A stretch of DNA of 64,000 nucleotides, from the NCBI GenBank assembly GCA_039588275.1, contig JBDHAC010000004.1, forward strand, positions 14,447 through 78,446. Reading direction: 5' to 3'. Positions 8,605 through 16,712 of the stretch are shown here, piece by piece; positions within the stretch are counted from its first letter, which is position 1; every line of letters begins with the position of its first letter. Source of the DNA: Gemmatimonadota bacterium (GTDB taxonomy: Bacteria > Gemmatimonadota > Gemmatimonadetes > Palauibacterales > Palauibacteraceae). The position numbers and the translations under genes are program-made. The notes below the pieces were generated by a model. That model had not been told where the DNA came from. It was given only the letters and a program-made list of their open reading frames with translations, and made no database searches.

Positions 8605-11327
8605 GGGTACCTGGGGTCGTCCCAGTCGGTGGGGTCGAGCGAGATGAGGTTGGCGAACAGCCGGTACGCCCCCGGCACGCCTGCCGGTAGCTGGCGGAAG
8701 AACGAGAGCGACGTGTGGGCGTATAACCCATCCCCGTAGCGTGCCACCAGCAGACCGCCTCTCAAGGCGTCCTCTCCCTCGTCGGACATCTCGAGAGGGG
8801 CCAGGTATCGATCGTCCCATTCGGTCGGGAAGTAGAGCCCCCGTTCCTGCACCCATCCCTCGAAGTCGGCTTCCTGCAACCGATTAGGTGTCTCGAACAA
8901 CTGGAGGTCCGGAACGAGGACGCGAACTTCGGCAGTCTCGTCCGTCACCCGTGGCGCCGGCCGTCCGATTCGAATCGGGTAGGGGGCGTACTGGCCATCC
9001 ATGAACTCGTACTTGTTGTACTGCACGATCAAGGTGCCGCCGGCATGGACCCACTCGAGGAGAGTCGGGGTCGCGGCGGCGAGATCCGGGCGTACCTCGT
9101 ACGTGCGCACGCCGAGGACGATGGTCTCGAAGCGAGCGAGCCGCTCAGCGGTCCAATCCGCCGGCTCGATCATCTCGACCCCCAGCCCCAGCTGCCGGAT
9201 CGCCGCGGGGCCCTCGTCCCCCGAGCCCATCACGTATCCGATCTTGCGATCCGCGACCCGAACGGGGATCCGCAGCACGCGGATGGTGGCATCGGTCGCG
9301 AACAAACGCCGCTCGATGTGCGGGTAGTCGATGATCTCGATCGCCTGAGAGAACGAGTCGCCGTCGCCGGTACGGGCGACCGGTCTCAGCGTGTACGTCC
9401 CCTGGCTCGCTCCGCTCGGCTGCAGGCGAAACTCGAACCGCGCCTCCGCGCCCTCACCCTCCAAGGAAAACGGCGCGGCGGCGGGCTCCGAGAGCCAGCC
9501 GTCGGGCGTCTCGAGGGTCAGCGTGCCACTCACCGGGCCCGGGTCCTCGCTGCGGATCGTGACCGTGAGGTCACGCGGCGACTCGTCGGCGCCCGCCCAA
9601 ACGAGCGTCGTGGCAGAAGGGCGAACGGAAAGACGGGGCGCGATGTGAACGGGTCGCCAGAACTCGCCGCTCGCCTTGTCGACGCCGCGGTACCGGATCG
9701 CATCGGAGATCTGGAGACGCACGGGCTCGAGCCCTGGCCCCGACAACGTCAGCTCCTGCCTCATCCCGAATGGGGGCGGGTCGAACGGCTCGTTCCAGAG
9801 CGCGTCATCTTCCGGCCACGCGTATACGTCGCCGCGCCGTGGCTCGGCCAGGTAATAGGGGAGGCTCGGTCTCGCGGATCGTGGCAGCCGCAGTCGGTAT
9901 CGCCACACGGCCAGATCGTCGGGCCCGACCGTCGTGAGCGAGCCGGGGTTCGTGTCGGCCATCCGCTCGCGGGAACGGAAGAACCTCCCGAACAGGCTGC
10001 CATCGGGCGGTGGCTCCTCATCCGGTGCGGGCTCGAGTTCGTACTCCCCGTTCGACGGCGTGGTCAACGACGGCGGACTCGCTTCGACGCGATACGACCC
10101 GCCGCTCCAAACGCGAGTGTCCACGAGGGCGCCCTGACCCGGGACGAGCACATCGTCGTGGACGCGGCCATCGACGAGCACGCCGGCAGCCGCGAGGATG
10201 GCGCGCACGAGCAGATCGCCCCGCCGTCCCAGCTCGCGCTCTAGCTCCACGCCCTCGTCCCCCGCGAAGGCGAGTGTGGAGATCGCTTCCTGGAGCCGGC
10301 TGCGCGCGCGAGCCAGCGGAAGCACCGCGTCCGCGGGGCTAGTGGCGCTCAGTGACCGACCCGCCGTCTGGACCTCGTCCCGATACGCATCGATCGCCCG
10401 AGCGGCGGCCTCGCGAGAATCGCCGACGAGCTGACGCGTGAGCCCCGTGAGCGTCGTATCGATGCCCGCGAACAGAGGATCTTTCGGACCCGCGTCTACG
10501 CGACTCTCCAGAAGGAGCAGCCCGGTCGTCCTCGGTCCGGGAGTCTGAGCGGTCCCGAAGTCTTGCGAGCGATGCTGGCTCCGGCTGTCCATCGCCAGCT
10601 GATGGTGAGACCGTCCGAGGAGCGGGTCCAGCCTCCCCGTGGGGAGCTGAAGCGAAGCCGTCTGCGGGTCGAAGAACGTGCGGCGGTACAGCTTGAGCGG
10701 CTTCCACGGCTCGAGGCCCGCGTCCCGGTGTTCCGGGAACCGATCGGGGTCGCCCGCCGCATCGTAGGCCTCACGCGCGAGGATCCCGGCCGCCTGGTGC
10801 TGCCCGTGCCCGTCGCTCGGCGTGCCGCTGAATATGGAGACGATGACCTGCGGGCGGAGTCGCCGCACGGCGCGGACCAGGTCCGACAGGAGCGCTTCAC
10901 GGGGCCAATGCCGAAAGGTCTCATCCGCGCTCTTGGAATACCCGAAATCGTACGCTCGGCTGAAGAACTGACTGGCCCCATCCAGGGAACGGGCGGCGAG
11001 GAGCTCGCCCGTGCGCACGACCCCTAGGCCTTCTCCCAACTCGGGACCGATGAGGTTCTGACCTCCCTCGCCGCGCGTGAACGCGAAGTAGCCCACCTCG
11101 ACGCCCAGGCCGCGCGCGAGAGTTGCCAGGAGAGCGGTGTCCTCGTCGTCCGGGTGTGCCGCAACGAGCAGGACGCGCTTCACCCCGTCTAGCTGACGCA
11201 GCAGGAGCCCGACCTGGTTGGCCGGGGGAGCGGGCGGAGACTGCGCCCGGCCGTCGGACGGGAGCGCGACGAGCATCCCGATGAGCGCGACCGTGGCCGG
11301 CCTGCAAATAACCCTACAAGAACCCAT
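8601..11327 (-). CDS. Exported PIG-L/LmbE-family deacetylase with NEW3/Ig-like and C-terminal GATase-like domains
   Basis: AHPDDED and HGQH metal motifs, TRGEGGQN; signal-peptide-like ATVALIGMLVALPSDGRAQ; start uncertain (the 12050 start overlaps another gene). Confidence 0.85.
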   Translation of the reverse strand: MGSCRVICRPATVALIGMLVALPSDGRAQSPPAPPANQVGLLLRQLDGVKRVLLVAAHPDDEDTALLATLARGLGVEVGYFAFTRGEGGQNLIGPELGEGLGVVRTGELLAARSLDGASQFFSRAYDFGYSKSADETFRHWPREALLSDLVRAVRRLRPQVIVSIFSGTPSDGHGQHQAAGILAREAYDAAGDPDRFPEHRDAGLEPWKPLKLYRRTFFDPQTASLQLPTGRLDPLLGRSHHQLAMDSRSQHRSQDFGTAQTPGPRTTGLLLLESRVDAGPKDPLFAGIDTTLTGLTRQLVGDSREAAARAIDAYRDEVQTAGRSLSATSPADAVLPLARARSRLQEAISTLAFAGDEGVELERELGRRGDLLVRAILAAAGVLVDGRVHDDVLVPGQGALVDTRVWSGGSYRVEASPPSLTTPSNGEYELEPAPDEEPPPDGSLFGRFFRSRERMADTNPGSLTTVGPDDLAVWRYRLRLPRSARPSLPYYLAEPRRGDVYAWPEDDALWNEPFDPPPFGMRQELTLSGPGLEPVRLQISDAIRYRGVDKASGEFWRPVHIAPRLSVRPSATTLVWAGADESPRDLTVTIRSEDPGPVSGTLTLETPDGWLSEPAAAPFSLEGEGAEARFEFRLQPSGASQGTYTLRPVARTGDGDSFSQAIEIIDYPHIERRLFATDATIRVLRIPVRVADRKIGYVMGSGDEGPAAIRQLGLGVEMIEPADWTAERLARFETIVLGVRTYEVRPDLAAATPTLLEWVHAGGTLIVQYNKYEFMDGQYAPYPIRIGRPAPRVTDETAEVRVLVPDLQLFETPNRLQEADFEGWVQERGLYFPTEWDDRYLAPLEMSDEGEDALRGGLLVARYGDGLYAHTSLSFFRQLPAGVPGAYRLFANLISLDPTDWDDPRYP

Positions 11328-11392
11328 GGCGCACGAAACTAGGGCCCCTGGCCCTGTCGCGCTCGTGATTGTCCCGCTCGACGCCACTCGTC

Positions 11393-11980
11393 TCAGGTCT
11401 CGAGATTCGCGACGTGCTCTACCGCTTCGGCGCGACGCCGGGTGCGCCAGACGATCCATACGAGCAGCAAGACCGCCACGCCGAGCGCGACCCAGGGAAG
11501 GCGCTCGAGAAGCGCGGTGAGTCCCCAGCCCGATGCCGTGAACACGATCGCCCCCGGGACGATCCCGACCGCTGTGGTCCAGAAGAAGCGCCAGCGGGGG
11601 ATCGGGGTGAGGCCGGCTCCCCAGTTGAGGGCGGTGAAGGCGATCAGGGGCATGAAGCGGGCTAGCAGGAGTCCGCCCCAGCCGGCTCGCATCACGACGC
11701 GATCGGCTCGTTCGAGGGCCGTGGGGCGAAGGACGCGCTCGGCGGCCGGGCGGCCCAGGGCGCGCGCGATCTCGAAGCTGGCCGTGGCCCCCGCCATGGC
11801 GCCCACCCACGTGATGACCGTCCCTGCGATAGGACCGAACAGGGCTCCGTTGATCATGGCCGGAGCCTCGGCGGGGATGGGGAGGATGGCTACGCCGGCC
11901 ATGACGAGCGGGGCGATCAGGTACGCCCACCCGCCGATCGCCTCCATCCACGCACCGATATCGTAGAAGAACTGCTCCAA
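11393..11980 (-). CDS. TVP38/TMEM64 (DedA/VTT superfamily) membrane protein
   Basis: ILPIPAE..GALFG, LARFMPLI..NWGAG and TAVGIVPG motifs; TTG start inferred. Confidence 0.85.
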   Translation of the reverse strand: MEQFFYDIGAWMEAIGGWAYLIAPLVMAGVAILPIPAEAPAMINGALFGPIAGTVITWVGAMAGATASFEIARALGRPAAERVLRPTALERADRVVMRAGWGGLLLARFMPLIAFTALNWGAGLTPIPRWRFFWTTAVGIVPGAIVFTASGWGLTALLERLPWVALGVAVLLLVWIVWRTRRRAEAVEHVANLET

Positions 11981-12149
11981 CGAGTGCTCCTGCTCCGGGT
12001 TCAGCGTCCGGCCAATCTCGGATACGCTCGTGCGGCGGGAAAGGTTGCACACAGCCTGATCTCGTTCTCCGGCGTTATCTTGTGGGCGGGACCCGGTCCT
12101 CACAGGGTAGAGATGCCGGTTCGATCCGAACCGATCGCGGAAGGGCAGA

Positions 12150-13838
12150 ATGACCGACGAGAGCAGACAGACGGAGGGCGTCCCCGGGGCATCGGAGCCG
12201 CCCATCATCGCATCGCTCGTCCACCTGTCGGGTCCGCTGCGGGGCACGACCCAGCGCCTCACGGATCTGGTCATTCGCATCGGGACGGCGGCAGATGCCG
12301 AGGTCCATTTCCCGACCGATCGAGCGCCGAACGTGGGAGAGCACCACGCAACGCTCACCCGGCAGGAGCGGACCTACGTGATCAGGTCGCTGGACGATCA
12401 CGAAGTGCGCGTCAACGGCGGGCCGGTGGAGCGCCGCGTCCTCGAGTGCGAGGACGTGATCGAGCTCGGCGCGCGGGGTCCCATCCTCCGCTTCCGCTGT
12501 GGGGCTCGTTCCCAGGCGCGGCACAAGAGCATGCGCGAAGCGCTCGCCGATTGCGTCGACTGCGCGCGGGCCACGGGTGACAGCCGAGTGGGCGCCATCT
12601 GGGCCTTTCTCCGTACCTTCCCGCATGAGCTGATGACGCAGACGACGCCTCGCACACGTGGCGTCGTGGTGGCGATGCTGTTCGTGATGGCGGTGGGCTT
12701 CGGGGCCATCTTCCTGTACGGCCTCGGTCTCGAGCGGCGCCTCGCGCGTGAGTCGGCGCGCGTTTACGACATCGCCGCGCTGCTCGAGGGCGGGGAAGAG
12801 GCACTGCCGACCCGACAGGAGCTCGGTCGCATCCGGGCCGATCTCGAGGGGCAGGTGTCGAGTGCCGTCGAGCGGGTCGAAGCGCTCGAGGCCAGGAGCT
12901 CCGCGGCGGAGCGCGTGATCGAGACGGCGGCGCGATCCGTCGTGTTCCTGCAGGGATCGTACGGCTTCCTACAGCCACCGGATCAGCGTCCGCTCCGCGT
13001 GATGCTCGGTCCGGGTGGCCAACCGCTGACCGATGCGCGAGGCAACCCGCTCGCCAGCCCGGACGCGGACGGACCGCGGTTGGAGCGTCAGTTCACGGGC
13101 ACCGGCTTCGTGATCACGGAGGGCGGTTTCCTCCTCACGAACCGTCACATCGTCGTGCCCTGGGATTTCGACCCCACCGCGCGGCGTCTCGTCGAGGCGG
13201 GGCTCACGCCGGTCATGTACCGTCTGATCGGATACGTGCCCGATACCGAAGAGCCGTTCGAGCTCGAGACCGTCGGCGCCAGTGAAAGCGCGGACGTGGC
13301 CGTGCTCCGGGCGGATGGCCTCCCGGCCCAGGTCATCCCGCTCGTACTCTCCGAGGCTCCTCCGCAGCCGGGCGCCGAGGTGCTGGTGCTGGGCTACCCG
13401 ACGGGGATACGGGCGTTGCTGGCGCGGACCGACCCCGCCTTCGTCGACGAGCTGATGCAAACGCCCGGCATCGACTTCTGGGAGGTCGCGCGGCGACTCT
13501 CGCAGGCCGGGCACATCGCGCCGCTGGCGACACGCGGGATCGTCGGACAGGTGACTTCGACGCACGTCGTGTACGACGCGGAAACGACGCGCGGGGGCAG
13601 CGGCGGGCCCGTGCTGGGTCTCGACGATCGAGTGATCGCGGTCAACGCGGCCGTCCTGAACGAGTTCGGGGGATCGAATCTCGGCGTGCCTGCGGCCGAG
13701 GCCTTCGCACTGCTCGAAGCCCTGTCGACTCGGGGTGAGGCGGCGGAGGGTTCCGAGGACCCTCAAAGGCTTGAGGACCCACAGAGGCCGGGTGCGCACG
13801 GCCCGGGGACTCCGGACACCCTTCCAAGGCGCCATTGA
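12150..13838 (+). CDS. FHA-like domain + TM + coiled coil + trypsin-like serine protease
   Basis: N-terminal FHA-like fold (VNGGPV..L..EDVIELG); TM GVVVAMLFVMAVGFGAIFLY; protease TGTGF, TNRH, DVAVL and GGSGGP. Confidence 0.85.
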   Translation: MTDESRQTEGVPGASEPPIIASLVHLSGPLRGTTQRLTDLVIRIGTAADAEVHFPTDRAPNVGEHHATLTRQERTYVIRSLDDHEVRVNGGPVERRVLECEDVIELGARGPILRFRCGARSQARHKSMREALADCVDCARATGDSRVGAIWAFLRTFPHELMTQTTPRTRGVVVAMLFVMAVGFGAIFLYGLGLERRLARESARVYDIAALLEGGEEALPTRQELGRIRADLEGQVSSAVERVEALEARSSAAERVIETAARSVVFLQGSYGFLQPPDQRPLRVMLGPGGQPLTDARGNPLASPDADGPRLERQFTGTGFVITEGGFLLTNRHIVVPWDFDPTARRLVEAGLTPVMYRLIGYVPDTEEPFELETVGASESADVAVLRADGLPAQVIPLVLSEAPPQPGAEVLVLGYPTGIRALLARTDPAFVDELMQTPGIDFWEVARRLSQAGHIAPLATRGIVGQVTSTHVVYDAETTRGGSGGPVLGLDDRVIAVNAAVLNEFGGSNLGVPAAEAFALLEALSTRGEAAEGSEDPQRLEDPQRPGAHGPGTPDTLPRRH

Positions 13839-13996
13839 TGTGTTATATCTCTACCATTGTCCGTGACTGCCTTCGCACAGTTCGATAGACACAGACGCGC
13901 CGAAACGTCCACGGGCCGTGCTCCGCGGCGCTCGCACGTCGCAACTGACGATCCCGGGCGGAGTTGTACGCCCGTGATCCCCTGAAAGGAAGATCG

Positions 13997-14401
13997 ATGC
14001 CTTCGCCTGCCGACAAGGTAATGACTTTCGTCGAGCGACAGCTCAAGAAAGATCCAAAGACCCCGAGCCGGAAGCTGTTCGAGCGCGCGAAGAAGATGGA
14101 TCCCGCAGTCGCGCGGTTAAGCCTCCGACAGTTCCACGCTAAGTACCCGTTACAGGTGAAGCGGCGGCTCGCCCCGAAACGACGAACGAAGAAGAGAGCG
14201 CCAAAGTCTGCCGCCGCTCCCCGGGCCGGACAGGCGCCCGCCCGTCGAGCTGCGGGGGATGAGGCCGCGATTCGCGGTGTGCTGCTCCGGTTCGCCAAAG
14301 ATGTGTCGGCGGCGGAGGGCAAGACGGAGACGATCGAGATCCTCGCGAACGTCGATCGCTACGTCGCGGACATCATGAAAGCGGCCCGTAGGGTGGGTTG
14401 A
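13997..14401 (+). CDS. Small basic protein, candidate nucleoid-associated/DNA-binding protein
   Basis: AAGGA SD then ATG; very K/R-rich (KRRLAPKRRTKKRAPK) with helical N- and C-terminal parts. Confidence 0.6.
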   Translation: MPSPADKVMTFVERQLKKDPKTPSRKLFERAKKMDPAVARLSLRQFHAKYPLQVKRRLAPKRRTKKRAPKSAAAPRAGQAPARRAAGDEAAIRGVLLRFAKDVSAAEGKTETIEILANVDRYVADIMKAARRVG

Positions 14402-14414
14402 TACGCGGGGACTA

Positions 14415-14484
14415 GCAGGTCGCCCGACTCTTCAGCGACCTGCACGAGACGAGGCGCGAGCCCGGAGAGACGACCCGGGCTCGC
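14415..14484 (+). terminator. Two tandem GC hairpins after the basic protein gene (terminator or mRNA stabiliser)
   Basis: GCAGGTCGC/GCGACCTGC 9-bp stem (14415-14443) and GCGAGCCCGG/CCGGGCTCGC 10-bp stem (14456-14484); no immediate U-tract. Confidence 0.45.
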
Positions 14485-14542
14485 CGACCTCCACGTCACG
14501 TTTTCCTTCGCGTCAAACGAGTCCGCTCCATGGGAGGCCACG

Positions 14543-15781
14543 GTGCAGCAATCACTGACACTCGGCGGCCAGACGGGGCGCAGGGCGCTCAGCTTCTCGT
14601 TTGGCGTCGGCATGATCGTCTCGTCGATCATGACGGTACGGCACTACTTCGCCGCCAACTTTCCCGAATCCATCTTCGAAGGCTCCTTTTGCGACATCAA
14701 CGCGTTCTTCAACTGTGACGCTTCGGCATACGCGGTCATATCACAGATAGGCGGTGTGCCGCTCGGCTATTTCGGCATGTCCGTCGGGCTGCTGGTCGTT
14801 ATGGGAGCGGTGTTTCCGTCACTGGAGGTCGAGAGGACCAACAAGACGATCGCCCTGGTGAACGTGATCGGCGTCGTGGCGCTTCTTCTGTATTCCGTGT
14901 CTTACATGCGAAGCCTGTGCCTGCTGTGCGCCGGTTTCTACCTGTTCTCTATCGCCAACTTCGTCCTGTTCTGGCGGTACGGGATCGATCGGGACCAGCC
15001 GGGGCTTTTCGCCCGCTACTTTCAGCCTTCCGCGAGGCACGCCCTCGCGTTCGGAACGGTCATGCTGGGCGGAGCGTACGGCTTCGCCGAGTACCACGAG
15101 GCCAGGGAGGAAGCGCAATCAGGTAGCGTCGCCGCCCGCGTGGTGGAGGAGTTCTACAGCCTGCCGACGGTGGAGTGGCCCAGCTTCATCTCTCCGTATT
15201 GGACCATGAGGTCGACCGAGAACTTCGAGGACGCACCGATCCGGATCGTCGAGTACGTCGACCTCCTGTGCCCGGACTGCCTGTATCTCGCGGAGCAGAT
15301 GGAGCGAGCGGCGCAGGACTTTCACGGGAAGATCAACCTCGCGTATCAGCTCTTCCCGTTGGAGGCGGCGTGCAACGACGTGGTCGAAAAGGACCTGCAC
15401 CCGGGCGCCTGCGATGTCTCGTACATGGCCGCGTACGACCCCGACAAGTTCCATGACATTCAGGAGGACATCTGGGCCAACTTTCGAGCGGCCCGCACAC
15501 CCGAAGGGCGTGAGGAGCTTGCCCGGAAGTACCAGGTCGACGCTGCGCTGACCGACTCGGCCACGATCCACCTCGTGCGCCGGATGATCGAGACGGGCCG
15601 CGAGTACGAAAAGACGTCGGAGGAGTACTCGCACGGCATCCGGTCGACGCCGACGATGATCGTCAACAACCGCATGATCATCGGCACGTTCCCCTACGAG
15701 CAGCTCAAAGCCATCTTCCAGGCGCTCGTGGATGAGCACGAGGGCGGAGGCCGGTTCATGGAGAACTGGGTGGAGGAGTAG
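14543..15781 (+). CDS. VKOR (vitamin K epoxide reductase) - DsbA/thioredoxin fusion
   Basis: Loop Cys pair CDINAFFNC, TM CLLC, then thioredoxin CPDC and cis-Pro STPT. Confidence 0.88.
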   Translation: MQQSLTLGGQTGRRALSFSFGVGMIVSSIMTVRHYFAANFPESIFEGSFCDINAFFNCDASAYAVISQIGGVPLGYFGMSVGLLVVMGAVFPSLEVERTNKTIALVNVIGVVALLLYSVSYMRSLCLLCAGFYLFSIANFVLFWRYGIDRDQPGLFARYFQPSARHALAFGTVMLGGAYGFAEYHEAREEAQSGSVAARVVEEFYSLPTVEWPSFISPYWTMRSTENFEDAPIRIVEYVDLLCPDCLYLAEQMERAAQDFHGKINLAYQLFPLEAACNDVVEKDLHPGACDVSYMAAYDPDKFHDIQEDIWANFRAARTPEGREELARKYQVDAALTDSATIHLVRRMIETGREYEKTSEEYSHGIRSTPTMIVNNRMIIGTFPYEQLKAIFQALVDEHEGGGRFMENWVEE

Positions 15782-16667
15782 GAGGCTGCTGACGAACCCG
15801 AGTGGGCCGCGCGCCCATCGAAGGAGAGTCACGACGCGGCTGGCATGGGTCGGAGCCTTCGCGGCGCTGTTGTACGCCCCGCTCGACGGACACGGGCAAG
15901 CGCGGCGCGATCCGGTCCTGCAGCCGGTATCGGCGGTGAAGGCGCGGACCATCCTTCTCGGCGCGGGCCTGGCCTGGGGGTCGGACCGCTCGTTCCCTCT
16001 CTCCGGACTCGAAGGCAATCTTCTCTCGATAGGGCGTCTGAGTCTCGCCTACGCGCTCGCCGACCGGGTCCTCCTCGAAATCCGGGGCGACGTGTGGCAA
16101 ACGCTGTGGGTGGATGAGGCCGACCCTCCTCCAATCCCACTCGACTCCGATGCGCAGGACGGCCGCACAGGGGATGTCGGCGATTTTCGCATCGGCTTGC
16201 TCCTCGCGCCGATCGGGGGTGAGCGCGGCTTCTCGGCCGGGGCACACGTGGAGGTGAAGCTCCCAAACTCGAACGAGGCGAAAGGGATCGGATCCAACAC
16301 GACGGATGTGCGGCTCGCTCTACTCGGTTCGTACGGGGCTCCCCGTTGGCGCGCGACCGTCAGCCTCGGGGTCGGGATCCTCGAGGCCCCGGTGGAGAGC
16401 TTCGAGCAGAACGACGTCTTTCTGTATGCGGGCGAGCTGCTCTATCGGGTGGGGTCGGGCTTGCGGCTCGCCCTCGGTCTGGAAGGCCGTGCCAGCACCC
16501 GTGATCGGGTCCCTCTCGGGACCGAGGACCTCGGCGAGGTCGTCATCGGGGCGGACTATCGGCTCGGATCCTGGCTCCTGGATGTGGGCCTGACCCGGGG
16601 ACTCGTGGAGGACTCGTCGGAGTGGGGCGTGAGGGCGGGGTGGGCATACGCGGCCGGTGGGCCCTGA
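15732..16667 (+). CDS. Putative outer-membrane beta-barrel protein
   Basis: Signal-like hydrophobic stretch, alternating amphipathic strands, terminal WGVRAGWAY; start uncertain. Confidence 0.65.
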   Translation: MSTRAEAGSWRTGWRSRRLLTNPSGPRAHRRRVTTRLAWVGAFAALLYAPLDGHGQARRDPVLQPVSAVKARTILLGAGLAWGSDRSFPLSGLEGNLLSIGRLSLAYALADRVLLEIRGDVWQTLWVDEADPPPIPLDSDAQDGRTGDVGDFRIGLLLAPIGGERGFSAGAHVEVKLPNSNEAKGIGSNTTDVRLALLGSYGAPRWRATVSLGVGILEAPVESFEQNDVFLYAGELLYRVGSGLRLALGLEGRASTRDRVPLGTEDLGEVVIGADYRLGSWLLDVGLTRGLVEDSSEWGVRAGWAYAAGGP

Positions 16668-16712
16668 GGCGCCGGTCATGCTCGAGGCTACCCGGGCCGG
16701 TCGTGAATCGCG

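Noticed and set aside
11328-12050. N-terminal extension of the 1149-aa PIG-L ORF
   Set aside because: An Arg/Pro/Gly-rich alternate-frame read over the TVP38 gene, which is a high-GC artefact.
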